From NCBI GenBank assembly GCA_048330275.1, contig DBFEIO010000026.1, positions 14,662 through 78,661 on the forward strand: 64,000 bases of DNA. The letters run 5' to 3'. The translations under genes and the position numbers were made by a program. Shown in pieces: positions 54,380-64,000 of this stretch; position 1 is the first letter of the stretch; every line of letters begins with the position of its first letter. The DNA comes from Collinsella sp. (GTDB taxonomy: Bacteria; Actinomycetota; Coriobacteriia; Coriobacteriales; Coriobacteriaceae). Under the pieces are notes generated by a model that saw only the letters and a list, made by a program, of their open reading frames with translations, was not told the DNA's origin and did no database searches.

Positions 54380-55024
54380 CTAAAGACCGCCGTCCCAGTG
54401 CCGAATCACGAATTCTCGCAGGTCGTTCTGCCGCTTTTGGAACGCTTCGCTTCGGTCGCACTTAAGCCCCATAGCGAGCGCGATGGCGTTCATCGCCCGG
54501 TGCAATTGCAGCTGATGGGCAAACTGGGGCATCTCGACATAATCGTCCGTCGACAGATGATTCAAATGGTATCGGGCACAGATTTCGTAGCCATATTCCA
54601 GCTGTTCGGGCTCGCTCATCCACGGACCCGCCTGGACAAAGCACATGGCCTCATCAACCACCAGAAGACCCTCTGCCACCTCGATAAGATGGTCTGGAGG
54701 TACCGGCGCCCCAAACACGTGGCACCTAAATCCAGCCGGCGTCGAGCGCTCAAAATCGAAGTTGACGAGCGTATCGATATGATCGAGCTCTTCTCGTGGA
54801 ACACCAAGCGAAACCAGATGGTCGGTAACAATCCCGACGGCCGTTGAAGCCCTCAGCCCCTTGGCATCGAGTCCCAATTTGGGCAGGCCCGCAGTCGGCT
54901 CCGCCTCGTTAGCAGGCGAATCCTCATCGTATAGGCTGCTTGCTCGCGAGAGCGGCTCGGACGGGCGCGCCACGTTGTGGTACAGCCAAGCGGTCTTATG
55001 GGACAGGACGATCGGCAGGTCCAT
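54380..55024 (-). CDS. Hypothetical protein
   Basis: TGGAGGG RBS. 214 aa. The N-terminus IVLSHKTAWLYH faintly recalls AbiEi/DUF559-type N-termini, which is a weak impression only. Confidence 0.5.
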   Translation of the reverse strand: MDLPIVLSHKTAWLYHNVARPSEPLSRASSLYDEDSPANEAEPTAGLPKLGLDAKGLRASTAVGIVTDHLVSLGVPREELDHIDTLVNFDFERSTPAGFRCHVFGAPVPPDHLIEVAEGLLVVDEAMCFVQAGPWMSEPEQLEYGYEICARYHLNHLSTDDYVEMPQFAHQLQLHRAMNAIALAMGLKCDRSEAFQKRQNDLREFVIRHWDGGL

Positions 55025-55128
55025 GAGCCCTCCAATGGAGTCGGATAACCAACCTTATTCCCCTGCCCACGGGTCCGCACACCTTCGTGCGCAAGAAAGC
55101 GATTCCACCCGATCGAGTGGTAGAAAAA

Positions 55129-55187
55129 CCATCGCAACATTCGATGCTTTTCCCGTTTTTGGCAAAAAACGTCGAATGTTGTGATGG
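55129..55187. repeat. 59-bp palindromic intergenic element, copy 4 (same orientation as copy 3)
   Basis: CCATCGCAACATTCGA-tgcttttcccgtttttggcaaaaaacg-TCGAATGTTGTGATGG. Confidence 0.85.
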
Positions 55188-55239
55188 TTTGAGGCGAGGT
55201 GAGGGGCACGGAGGGGTCAAAGCATCGTGCTCGAACGGG

Positions 55240-57138
55240 TTAATCCAGCTCTTTTAAGCCATGTGCCAGCTGCCAGTACTCGCCGTGCTGGGCGAGCAGC
55301 TCTTCGTGCGTGCCGCGCTCGATGATGCGGCCGTGTTCGAGGACCATGATGGCATCGGCGTCGCGGACGGTGGACAGGCGGTGCGCGATCATAAACGTGG
55401 TGCGGCCACGCATGATGCGGTCCATGCCGCGCTCGATGAGCTTTTCGGTGCGCGTGTCGATAGAGCTCGTGGCCTCGTCCAGGATGAGCACCGGCGGGTC
55501 GGCGACGGCCACGCGCGCAATGGCGAGCAGCTGGCGCTGGCCCTGCGACAGGTTGGCGCCGTCGGCCGTGACCGGCGTGTCGTAGCCTCTAGGCAGGCGG
55601 CGGATAAACGAGTCGGCGCAGGCTGCCTCGGCAGCGGCGCGCACCTCCTCGTCGGTCGCGTCGAGCTTGCCAAAGCGGATGTTCTGCGCAATGGTGCCGC
55701 TAAACAGGCGCGTGTCCTGCAGCACAATGCCGAGCGACCCGCGCAGGCTGGCCTTGGCAATGTGCTTGACGTCGATGCCGTCGTACGTGATCTCGCCGTC
55801 ATCGACCTCGTAGAAGCGGTTGATGAGGTTGGTGATGGTCGTCTTTCCGGCACCCGTCGAGCCCACAAACGCGATCTTTTGCCCCGGCTTGGCAAACAGG
55901 TTGAGGTCCGTGAGCACGCGGGTGCCCGGCACGTAGGAAAAGTCCACGGCATGGAAGCGCACGTCGCCGGCAAGTGGGACCAAGCCGCACGTGAGCTCGG
56001 TACCGTCGGCAGCCACCGCGCGGCCCGACTCATCAACAGCGGCCACGTCGTGCAGGTGCCCATATGTGCCCACGCCCTGGCCCTCGGGAATCTTCCACGC
56101 CCACGCGGCGTCGCCCGTCTGCACCAGCTCCACGCAGCCCTCGTCCACCTCGGGCTTAAGGTCCATGGCGGCAAACAGGCGCTCGGCACCGGCCAGCGCG
56201 TTGAGCAAAAAGTTGCCCAGCTGCGTAAACTGGTTGATGGGCATGGCGGCCTGACGCACAAAGACCAGGTAACTTGCGAGCGCACCTACATCGGCCAGAC
56301 CGTTGATGCAGAGCATGCCGCCTGCCACCGCAACGATGGCGTAGTTGGCATAGCCGATCACCACGGTCATGGGAACCATCGAGTTGGCGTAGGCCTGCGC
56401 GGCACCACCGGTGCGGCGCAGCTCTTGGTTGCGTGCGTCAAAACCAGCCACGTTGGCCTGTTCGTGACTAAAGACCTTGATGACCTTTTGGCCCGAGACC
56501 ATCTCTTCGATATATCCGTCCAAATCGCCCAGCGACGCCTGTTGGGCGGCAAAAAAGCGCTTGGAACGCATGCCCGAGTAGCGCGCGTACAGCACAATGG
56601 CCACATCGCACACGAGCGTGATAATCGTGAGCTGCCAGTTGAGGATGATGAGCATGGCCGTGGTGCCGACCACCTGGATGCTCGCCTGAATCACGTTGGC
56701 AAAGCTGTTGTTGAGCGCCTCGGAGACGGTGTCGACGTCGTTGGTAAAGAAACTCATGATGTCGCCTGAGCGCGTGCTGTCGAAGTAACTGAGCGGCAGC
56801 GTCTGGATGTGCGCAAACAGGTCGCGGCGGATATCGGAGACCACGCGCTGGGCCGCGCGCACCATAATCTGCGAGTAGCCCAGAGCCGAGAGCACGCCCG
56901 CGGCGTAGATGGCAGCGGTAAAGATAACCTGCTTAGCGAGCAGTTCCTCGCCGCCCGTTGCCAAACCGTTGACGATGGGGCGCACCATGTAGGTACCGGC
57001 AAGGCTTGCGATGGCCGCAACAGAGGCAAGCACACCCACTGCGAGCAGCGAGAACTTGGCGTGGCCCATGTAGGAGAGCAGGCGGCGGAGCGTCTGCGCC
57101 AGATTGGCGGGACGGGCCTGAGCGGATGTCTTAGGCAT
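55240..57138 (-). CDS. ABC exporter, fused permease/ATPase subunit
   Basis: GSTGAGKTT, LSQGQRQL and VLILDEATS motifs. The start ATG overlaps the upstream stop (ATGCCTAA). Confidence 0.85.
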   Translation of the reverse strand: MPKTSAQARPANLAQTLRRLLSYMGHAKFSLLAVGVLASVAAIASLAGTYMVRPIVNGLATGGEELLAKQVIFTAAIYAAGVLSALGYSQIMVRAAQRVVSDIRRDLFAHIQTLPLSYFDSTRSGDIMSFFTNDVDTVSEALNNSFANVIQASIQVVGTTAMLIILNWQLTIITLVCDVAIVLYARYSGMRSKRFFAAQQASLGDLDGYIEEMVSGQKVIKVFSHEQANVAGFDARNQELRRTGGAAQAYANSMVPMTVVIGYANYAIVAVAGGMLCINGLADVGALASYLVFVRQAAMPINQFTQLGNFLLNALAGAERLFAAMDLKPEVDEGCVELVQTGDAAWAWKIPEGQGVGTYGHLHDVAAVDESGRAVAADGTELTCGLVPLAGDVRFHAVDFSYVPGTRVLTDLNLFAKPGQKIAFVGSTGAGKTTITNLINRFYEVDDGEITYDGIDVKHIAKASLRGSLGIVLQDTRLFSGTIAQNIRFGKLDATDEEVRAAAEAACADSFIRRLPRGYDTPVTADGANLSQGQRQLLAIARVAVADPPVLILDEATSSIDTRTEKLIERGMDRIMRGRTTFMIAHRLSTVRDADAIMVLEHGRIIERGTHEELLAQHGEYWQLAHGLKELD

Positions 57139-58951
57139 GGCGCTCACCCCCTTCCGTGGCTTGAATTGATTCGTTGGGGCCGGCGGAAGACGGGGCATTT
57201 GCGCCGTCCACGACGCCCGCATCCCCCGCAAACTCCATCTGCGAGGCGTAAATCTCCTGGTAGATGCTATCGCCCGCCAGCAGCTCCTCATGCGTTCCCA
57301 CGCCGTGGACACGGCCGTCGTCCAACACAATAATGCGGTCGGCATCCATGACGCTCGCAATGCGCTGCGCAATGACAATCACCGTCGTATTGGGAATCTG
57401 AGCGATATGCTCACGAATCTTGGCGTCGGTCGCCATATCGACCGCGCTGGTCGAATCGTCAAAGATGAGCACACGCGGATGTTTGAGCAACGTACGCGCG
57501 ATGCACAGACGCTGTTTTTGTCCGCCCGAGACGCCGGCACCGCCCTGGCCCAGATAGCCGTCGAGTCCGCCGATGCGATCTAGGAACTCGTCCACGCATG
57601 CCGCCCGGCAGGCACGCAGCAGCTCCTCGTCGGTGGCATCGGGCGCGCCCCACTGCAGGTTCTCGCGCACGGTACCCGTAAACAGCACGTTCTTTTGTAG
57701 CACGATGCCCACGGCGTCGCGCAAGGCGGCCAGGTCGTAATCGCGCACATCGCGCCCGCCCACAAGCACGGCGCCCTCGGTGGCGTCGTACAGGCGTGCA
57801 ATCAGCTGCACAAGCGAGCTCTTGCCCGAGCCCGTGCCGCCGAGGATGCCCACCGTCGAGCCGCTCTCGATGCGAAGGTCGATATGCTCGAGCACATCCT
57901 CGGCTGCATCCGTGCGGTATTTAAAGGAAACGTCGCGAAACTCGATACTGCCGTCCGCTGGCGCCGCAGTCGCGAGGTCTCCCACAGGGTTGGCGATAAA
58001 GGGCTCTTCATCGAGCACCTCCGCAATACGGCCTACACTCGTGAGAGCGCGCGTGAGCAGCAAAAACACGTTGGAAATCATCATGAGCGAGTTCATGATC
58101 AACAGCACATAGCTCATAAAGCCCGTGAGCGAGCCCACGCCGAGCTCGCCGGCAAGGATCATGCGACCGCCGATCCACAGAATGGAAAGCGCCGCCACGT
58201 ACATCGAGAGTTGGAACACCGGCAGGTTGAGCACGGCAGTGCCGAAGGTCTTGGTCGCCGTGCCGGCGAGCTCGGTATTGACGGTGTCGAACTTGTCGCA
58301 CTCGTGCTCGGCGCGCACGTAAGCCTTCACGGCGCGCACGGCGGTAAGGTCCTCTTGCACCACGCCGTTAAGGTGGTCCATCGAGGTCTGGAGTTGGCGG
58401 TAGAGCGGGCTCACGCGCACGGTAATGATACCGAGCACGATGGCGAGCATCGGCAGAATGACGGCAAAGACCGCCGCGAGCTCACGCGAGAGCGCAAAAG
58501 CGTAGACGAGGCCCATGACCAGATTTACCGGCCCGCGCACCATGGGGCGAAAGCCGTTGCCGATGGCGTTTTGGATGACGGTGATATCGGTGGTCATGCG
58601 AGTGACCAGCGAGCTGGCGTCGTAGTTGTCCAGATTGCCAAAAGCGAGCGTCTGGATCTTGCGATACTCGGCCTCGCGCAGGTTAGCGCCCAGCCCCGAG
58701 GCGACGCGAGCAGACGTGCGTGCATAGCCCAAGCCAAGTACCAGCGAAAATGCGGCGCATACCAACATATACGTGCCCTGCAACAGCATGTAGTTGATGT
58801 CGCCCGCGGGCACGCCCACATCGATGATATTTGCCATGATGACCGGGATAAACAGCTCGAGCGCCGTCTCGGCCGTCACAAAGAGCACGCCGAGTATGGC
58901 ATCGCGGCGGTATGTCCCCAGATAGGAAAACAAAATCTTGAGATTGCGCAC
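57131..58951 (-). CDS. ABC exporter, fused permease/ATPase subunit (partner)
   Basis: GGTGSGKSS, VSGGQKQR and VLIFDDSTS motifs. GTG start. Confidence 0.85.
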   Translation of the reverse strand: MRNLKILFSYLGTYRRDAILGVLFVTAETALELFIPVIMANIIDVGVPAGDINYMLLQGTYMLVCAAFSLVLGLGYARTSARVASGLGANLREAEYRKIQTLAFGNLDNYDASSLVTRMTTDITVIQNAIGNGFRPMVRGPVNLVMGLVYAFALSRELAAVFAVILPMLAIVLGIITVRVSPLYRQLQTSMDHLNGVVQEDLTAVRAVKAYVRAEHECDKFDTVNTELAGTATKTFGTAVLNLPVFQLSMYVAALSILWIGGRMILAGELGVGSLTGFMSYVLLIMNSLMMISNVFLLLTRALTSVGRIAEVLDEEPFIANPVGDLATAAPADGSIEFRDVSFKYRTDAAEDVLEHIDLRIESGSTVGILGGTGSGKSSLVQLIARLYDATEGAVLVGGRDVRDYDLAALRDAVGIVLQKNVLFTGTVRENLQWGAPDATDEELLRACRAACVDEFLDRIGGLDGYLGQGGAGVSGGQKQRLCIARTLLKHPRVLIFDDSTSAVDMATDAKIREHIAQIPNTTVIVIAQRIASVMDADRIIVLDDGRVHGVGTHEELLAGDSIYQEIYASQMEFAGDAGVVDGANAPSSAGPNESIQATEGGERHA

Positions 58952-59139
58952 GCAGGTTCATCCCCCATCAAACGTTGTTCGCAAACCCACGTATTATGGC
59001 GCGCCGTGCGGCGGTGTCAAGTGATGCGAAATCGATTTCTGCAAGGCTAGTGCAGACGCCATGCTCACAGGACGCGCCCCTGTATTCAATTGGAAATGAA
59101 CGCGAGCGTGACTTTTTCGCCCCGCCGCCAACACAAACC

Positions 59140-59160
59140 TTGACTCTACAATCGTTGTAG
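59140..59160. promoter_or_regulatory. TTGACT followed by the perfect palindrome CTACAATCGTTGTAG, in the divergent ABC/MATE intergenic region
   Basis: Read directly from the sequence. No convincing -10 box was found at 17-bp spacing. Confidence 0.3.
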
Positions 59161-59210
59161 GGTTTTCACTACACTGGTACGTAAACAGACCAAGCCAGAA
59201 AGCCCCGCCC

Positions 59211-60557
59211 ATGGAACACGACCTCACACGCGGCAATGTCCTTAAGACCATCGCGGTCTTTGCCCTGCCCTATATGCTCTCGTACTTTTTGCAGATGCTC
59301 TACGGCATGGCCGACCTGTACATGATGGGGCAGTTTAGCGGCGCCGCCGGCATCACCGCCGTGGGCAACGGCGCGCAGACGCTCTATATCATTACCGTGA
59401 CGCTCGTGGGCCTGGCCATGGGAACGACGGTTATCGTCGGCCACGCCGTGGGTTCGCGTCGGTTTGACCGCGCCGAGACCGCCATCGGCAACACCATCAC
59501 GCTCTTTATGGGTGTCTCGGTGGTGCTGGCCGCTGTCCTGCTCGCACTGTGTCCGCAGATCGTGGCGCTCATTGGCACGCCGGCCGAAGCGGTCGAAGGA
59601 ACCGCCGCCTACCTGCGTATCTGCTTTATGGGCATTCCCTTTATCGCCGCGTACAACATCCTCTCGGCCATCTTTCGCGGCCTAGGCGATTCGCGCTCGC
59701 CCATGTACGTGATTGGCGTGGCATGCATCATCAACATCGCGCTTGATTTTCTGTTTATCGGTCACATGGGACTCGGCCCCGTGGGTGCGGCGCTCGGCAC
59801 GGTCATCGCGCAGACGGCGAGCGTGGCCCTCGCGCTCGTGTGGCTCAAGAGCCGTCGCACGAACATCCACGTTAAGCGCAGCGACCTGCGCCCCCAGCCC
59901 GAAGTGCTCGGCAGCATTCTTAAGATCGGTGTGCCCGTAGCCGTGCAGGACGGCTGCATCCAGGTGGCGTTTATGTTTATCACCGTCATCGCCAACCACC
60001 GCGGCCTGGTCGACGCCGCCGCCGTGGGCCTGGTCGAGAAGATGATCAGCTTTTTGTTCATTGTGCCGAGTTCCATGGGTGCCACCGTCAGCGCGCTCAC
60101 GGCGCAAAACGCCGGCGCAGGCAAGGGCGACCGCGCGCGTCAGGTGCTCAAAGATGCCATGACCATCTCGGTCGTGTACGGTTGCCTGATCACGGTGCTG
60201 ATGTGGCTGGTGGCACCGGCGTTTATCGGCTTTTTTGCCAAGGACCCCGCGGTGGTCGCCGCCGGTACCGGCTATATGCACAGTTATATTTTCGACGCGA
60301 TTTTTGCCGGCATCCACATTTGCTTTAGCGGCTTTTTCGCTGCATACGGCAAGAGCTACATCGGCTTTGCGCACAACGTGCTGGCCGTGGCGCTCATTCG
60401 CGTGCCCGGTGCATGGCTGCTGTCGAACGCCTATTCCGATACGTTGTTTCCCATGGGCATCGCCTCGCCGTGCGGGTCCATTCTGTCGGCGGTCATCTGT
60501 GTGATTGCATTTACCGTGCTCAACCGCCGTGGGGCTTTTGACAAACTGGTAGCGTAG
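59211..60557 (+). CDS. MATE-family efflux transporter
   Basis: 12 hydrophobic segments. The N-terminus (LTRGNVLKTIAVFALPYMLSYFLQMLYGMADLYMMG) is typical of MATE. Confidence 0.85.
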   Translation: MEHDLTRGNVLKTIAVFALPYMLSYFLQMLYGMADLYMMGQFSGAAGITAVGNGAQTLYIITVTLVGLAMGTTVIVGHAVGSRRFDRAETAIGNTITLFMGVSVVLAAVLLALCPQIVALIGTPAEAVEGTAAYLRICFMGIPFIAAYNILSAIFRGLGDSRSPMYVIGVACIINIALDFLFIGHMGLGPVGAALGTVIAQTASVALALVWLKSRRTNIHVKRSDLRPQPEVLGSILKIGVPVAVQDGCIQVAFMFITVIANHRGLVDAAAVGLVEKMISFLFIVPSSMGATVSALTAQNAGAGKGDRARQVLKDAMTISVVYGCLITVLMWLVAPAFIGFFAKDPAVVAAGTGYMHSYIFDAIFAGIHICFSGFFAAYGKSYIGFAHNVLAVALIRVPGAWLLSNAYSDTLFPMGIASPCGSILSAVICVIAFTVLNRRGAFDKLVA

Positions 60558-60643
60558 CGGGGCGACGCAAAATCGCCCTGATCGACGACATCATCAGCGA
60601 CGACCCGGCGACCTACGTGACGCAGATCACGGTGCCGGTCTCT

Positions 60644-60822
60644 CTAGGCTAGACCGAGCCTCGCCTCTAACTCGGTCAACGCCTCAAAGGCATCGCGAGA
60701 TGCACCCGCCGCGCGCTCGCGCTCGGCAACGCAAATTCGCATCATTAAGCGCTCTTTCGCCTGTACTTGGCCTTGCCTCGCGCGCCCTTCCACCTGCGAG
60801 CAATTGAGATTCTCGATATCCA

Positions 60823-60823
<1 letters not shown>
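60644..60823 (-). CDS. Possible 59-aa helical protein translationally coupled to ligA
   Basis: TAATG overlap with the ligA stop. Translation: MDIENLNCSQVEGRARQGQVQAKERLMMRICVAERERAAGASRDAFEALTELEARLGLA. Below the ORF-track cutoff. Confidence 0.3.
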
Positions 60824-63099
<2,276 letters not shown>

Positions 63100-63233
63100 T
63101 CACCATGGCGCCGAATAACCCTTTCGAACCGCACCGAATCGGCAGCCGCCAGACTGGGGTGGATCGCGCGATTAAACCATGCCCTTGCCAGTTCTAAATG
63201 ATCCGTTTTCCTCCGTCTCCAAGGGATCATCGC

Positions 63234-63273
63234 GAAAAGAGGGGCTGTCCCGCGCTGGCGGAACAGCCCCTCT
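63234..63273 (-). terminator. Rho-independent terminator after the protease gene
   Basis: 11-bp stem (agaggggctgt / acagcccctct) followed by TTTTCG on the minus strand. Confidence 0.65.
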
Positions 63274-63299
63274 GGCTTCGATATGTGCGAAACGGCTCG

Positions 63300-64000
63300 T
63301 TAGAAACCCTGGCCGTTGCCCTGACCCTGGCCCTGCTGGCCAAGCAGCTCCTCCAGATACTGGCGCAGCTGCTCGTCGGTAATACCGCCGTTGCCGGTAT
63401 CGGTCGCGCTGTCGTTCTGCTGATGGTTCTGTAGCTCCTCGTCGGAGCCCAGCTCAACCGTGACCTTCTTCTCTTCCTTGCCGCGCATGAGCGTGATCTC
63501 GACCTTCTCGCCCACCTCGTGGCTGCGCAGCGCGATGATCAGGCCGTCGGCGCTCGAAATCTCATCGTCGCCCAGCTTGGTGATGACGTCGCCCTCCTGA
63601 ATGCCGGCCTTGGCGGCAGGACCATCCTCAACGACGCTCGCCACATACGCGCCGCTATCGGTGCTCAACTTGTTGGTGCGGGCGTTAAGCGCATTGACGC
63701 TCGAAAGCGTAGCGCCCATGTACGGATGCACCGGCGTCTTACCGTCGATGATCTGGTCGGCAATGTTCTTGGCGTAGTTAACCGGAATGGCAAAACCCAC
63801 GCCCGAGCTGGAGCCCGAGTAGCTCTCGATAAGCGAGTTGATACCCACAAGCTCGCCATTGTCGTTGACGAGCGCGCCGCCGGAGTTGCCCGGATTGATG
63901 GCGGCATCGGTCTGGATCATGTTGGCATAGATGGTGTTGCCGCTGGTAGAGCTCATGGCCGTGGAGCGATACAGCGCCGACACGATACCCGTGGAGACAG
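63300..64000 (-). CDS. HtrA/DegP-like serine protease with a PDZ domain (N-terminus outside the window)
   Basis: TDAAINPGNSGGALVN (catalytic Ser) and a PDZ segment (GAYVASVVEDGPAAKAGIQEGDVITKLGD). Gln/Gly-rich tail. Confidence 0.85.
   Translation of the reverse strand, partial: VSTGIVSALYRSTAMSSTSGNTIYANMIQTDAAINPGNSGGALVNDNGELVGINSLIESYSGSSSGVGFAIPVNYAKNIADQIIDGKTPVHPYMGATLSSVNALNARTNKLSTDSGAYVASVVEDGPAAKAGIQEGDVITKLGDDEISSADGLIIALRSHEVGEKVEITLMRGKEEKKVTVELGSDEELQNHQQNDSATDTGNGGITDEQLRQYLEELLGQQGQGQGNGQGF

Noticed and set aside
40239-55187. CRISPR array, considered because of the recurring ~59-bp and ~33-bp repeats.
   Set aside because: The copies are kilobases apart, separated by genes, in both orientations and internally palindromic. 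There is no regularly spaced repeat-spacer structure and there are no cas genes.

Overview
No searches were run. Every family call below rests on motifs read from the ORF translations and the DNA. The window is high-GC, Gram-positive, actinobacterial-type DNA; a Coriobacteriia-like gut anaerobe is a guess I cannot verify here.

**Prophage (1-26772, + strand).** This is the right arm of a siphovirus-like prophage. In order it carries:
- an SSB C-terminus, a replisome organizer with internal iterons, a DnaC-like loader, an HNH-like ORF and a run of small zinc-ribbon ORFs;
- TerS, TerL, portal, and a MuF-like head protein with a toxin-like C-terminal extension followed by a tiny downstream ORF;
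- scaffold, capsid, connector proteins, a major tail protein with an Ig-like (Big_2) domain, a chaperone, a Gp15-like protein, tape measure, Dit, Tal and a BppU-like protein;
- a complete diversity-generating retroelement (DGR), then a holin/amidase lysis cassette.

**Main finding: the DGR.** It comprises a receptor-binding-type target gene (21490-22398) with a variable repeat (VR, 22259-22387), an Avd-like gene, a template repeat (TR, 22997-23125) and a reverse transcriptase (23329-24519). All 9 VR/TR mismatches fall on TR adenines.

**Host region.** The prophage abuts the 3' end of ssrA (tmRNA, 26839-27202, - strand). Downstream host genes are:
- an orphan ORF and a RelB/DinJ-PIN toxin-antitoxin pair;
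- a P1B-type ATPase with SCA in place of CPC, plus a small partner protein;
- a heterodimeric ABC exporter with a divergent AraC regulator, then gatCAB;
- a sortase-dependent pilus locus (class C sortase, two pilins, and a 1123-aa beta-helix tip adhesin with a G9 tract and an AT-rich upstream region);
- a HAD hydrolase, an MFS transporter, moaA and a moaC-mobB fusion, and a hypothetical gene bracketed by repeats;
- a second ABC pair, a MATE transporter, ligA and a partial HtrA-like protease.

**Repeats.** Several intergenic repeat families are present: a 59-bp palindromic element (4 copies), a CCACCACAAAGG hairpin family, and a 122-bp tandem duplication with an inverted partial copy. No CRISPR array, rRNA, tRNA, integrase or transposase was seen.
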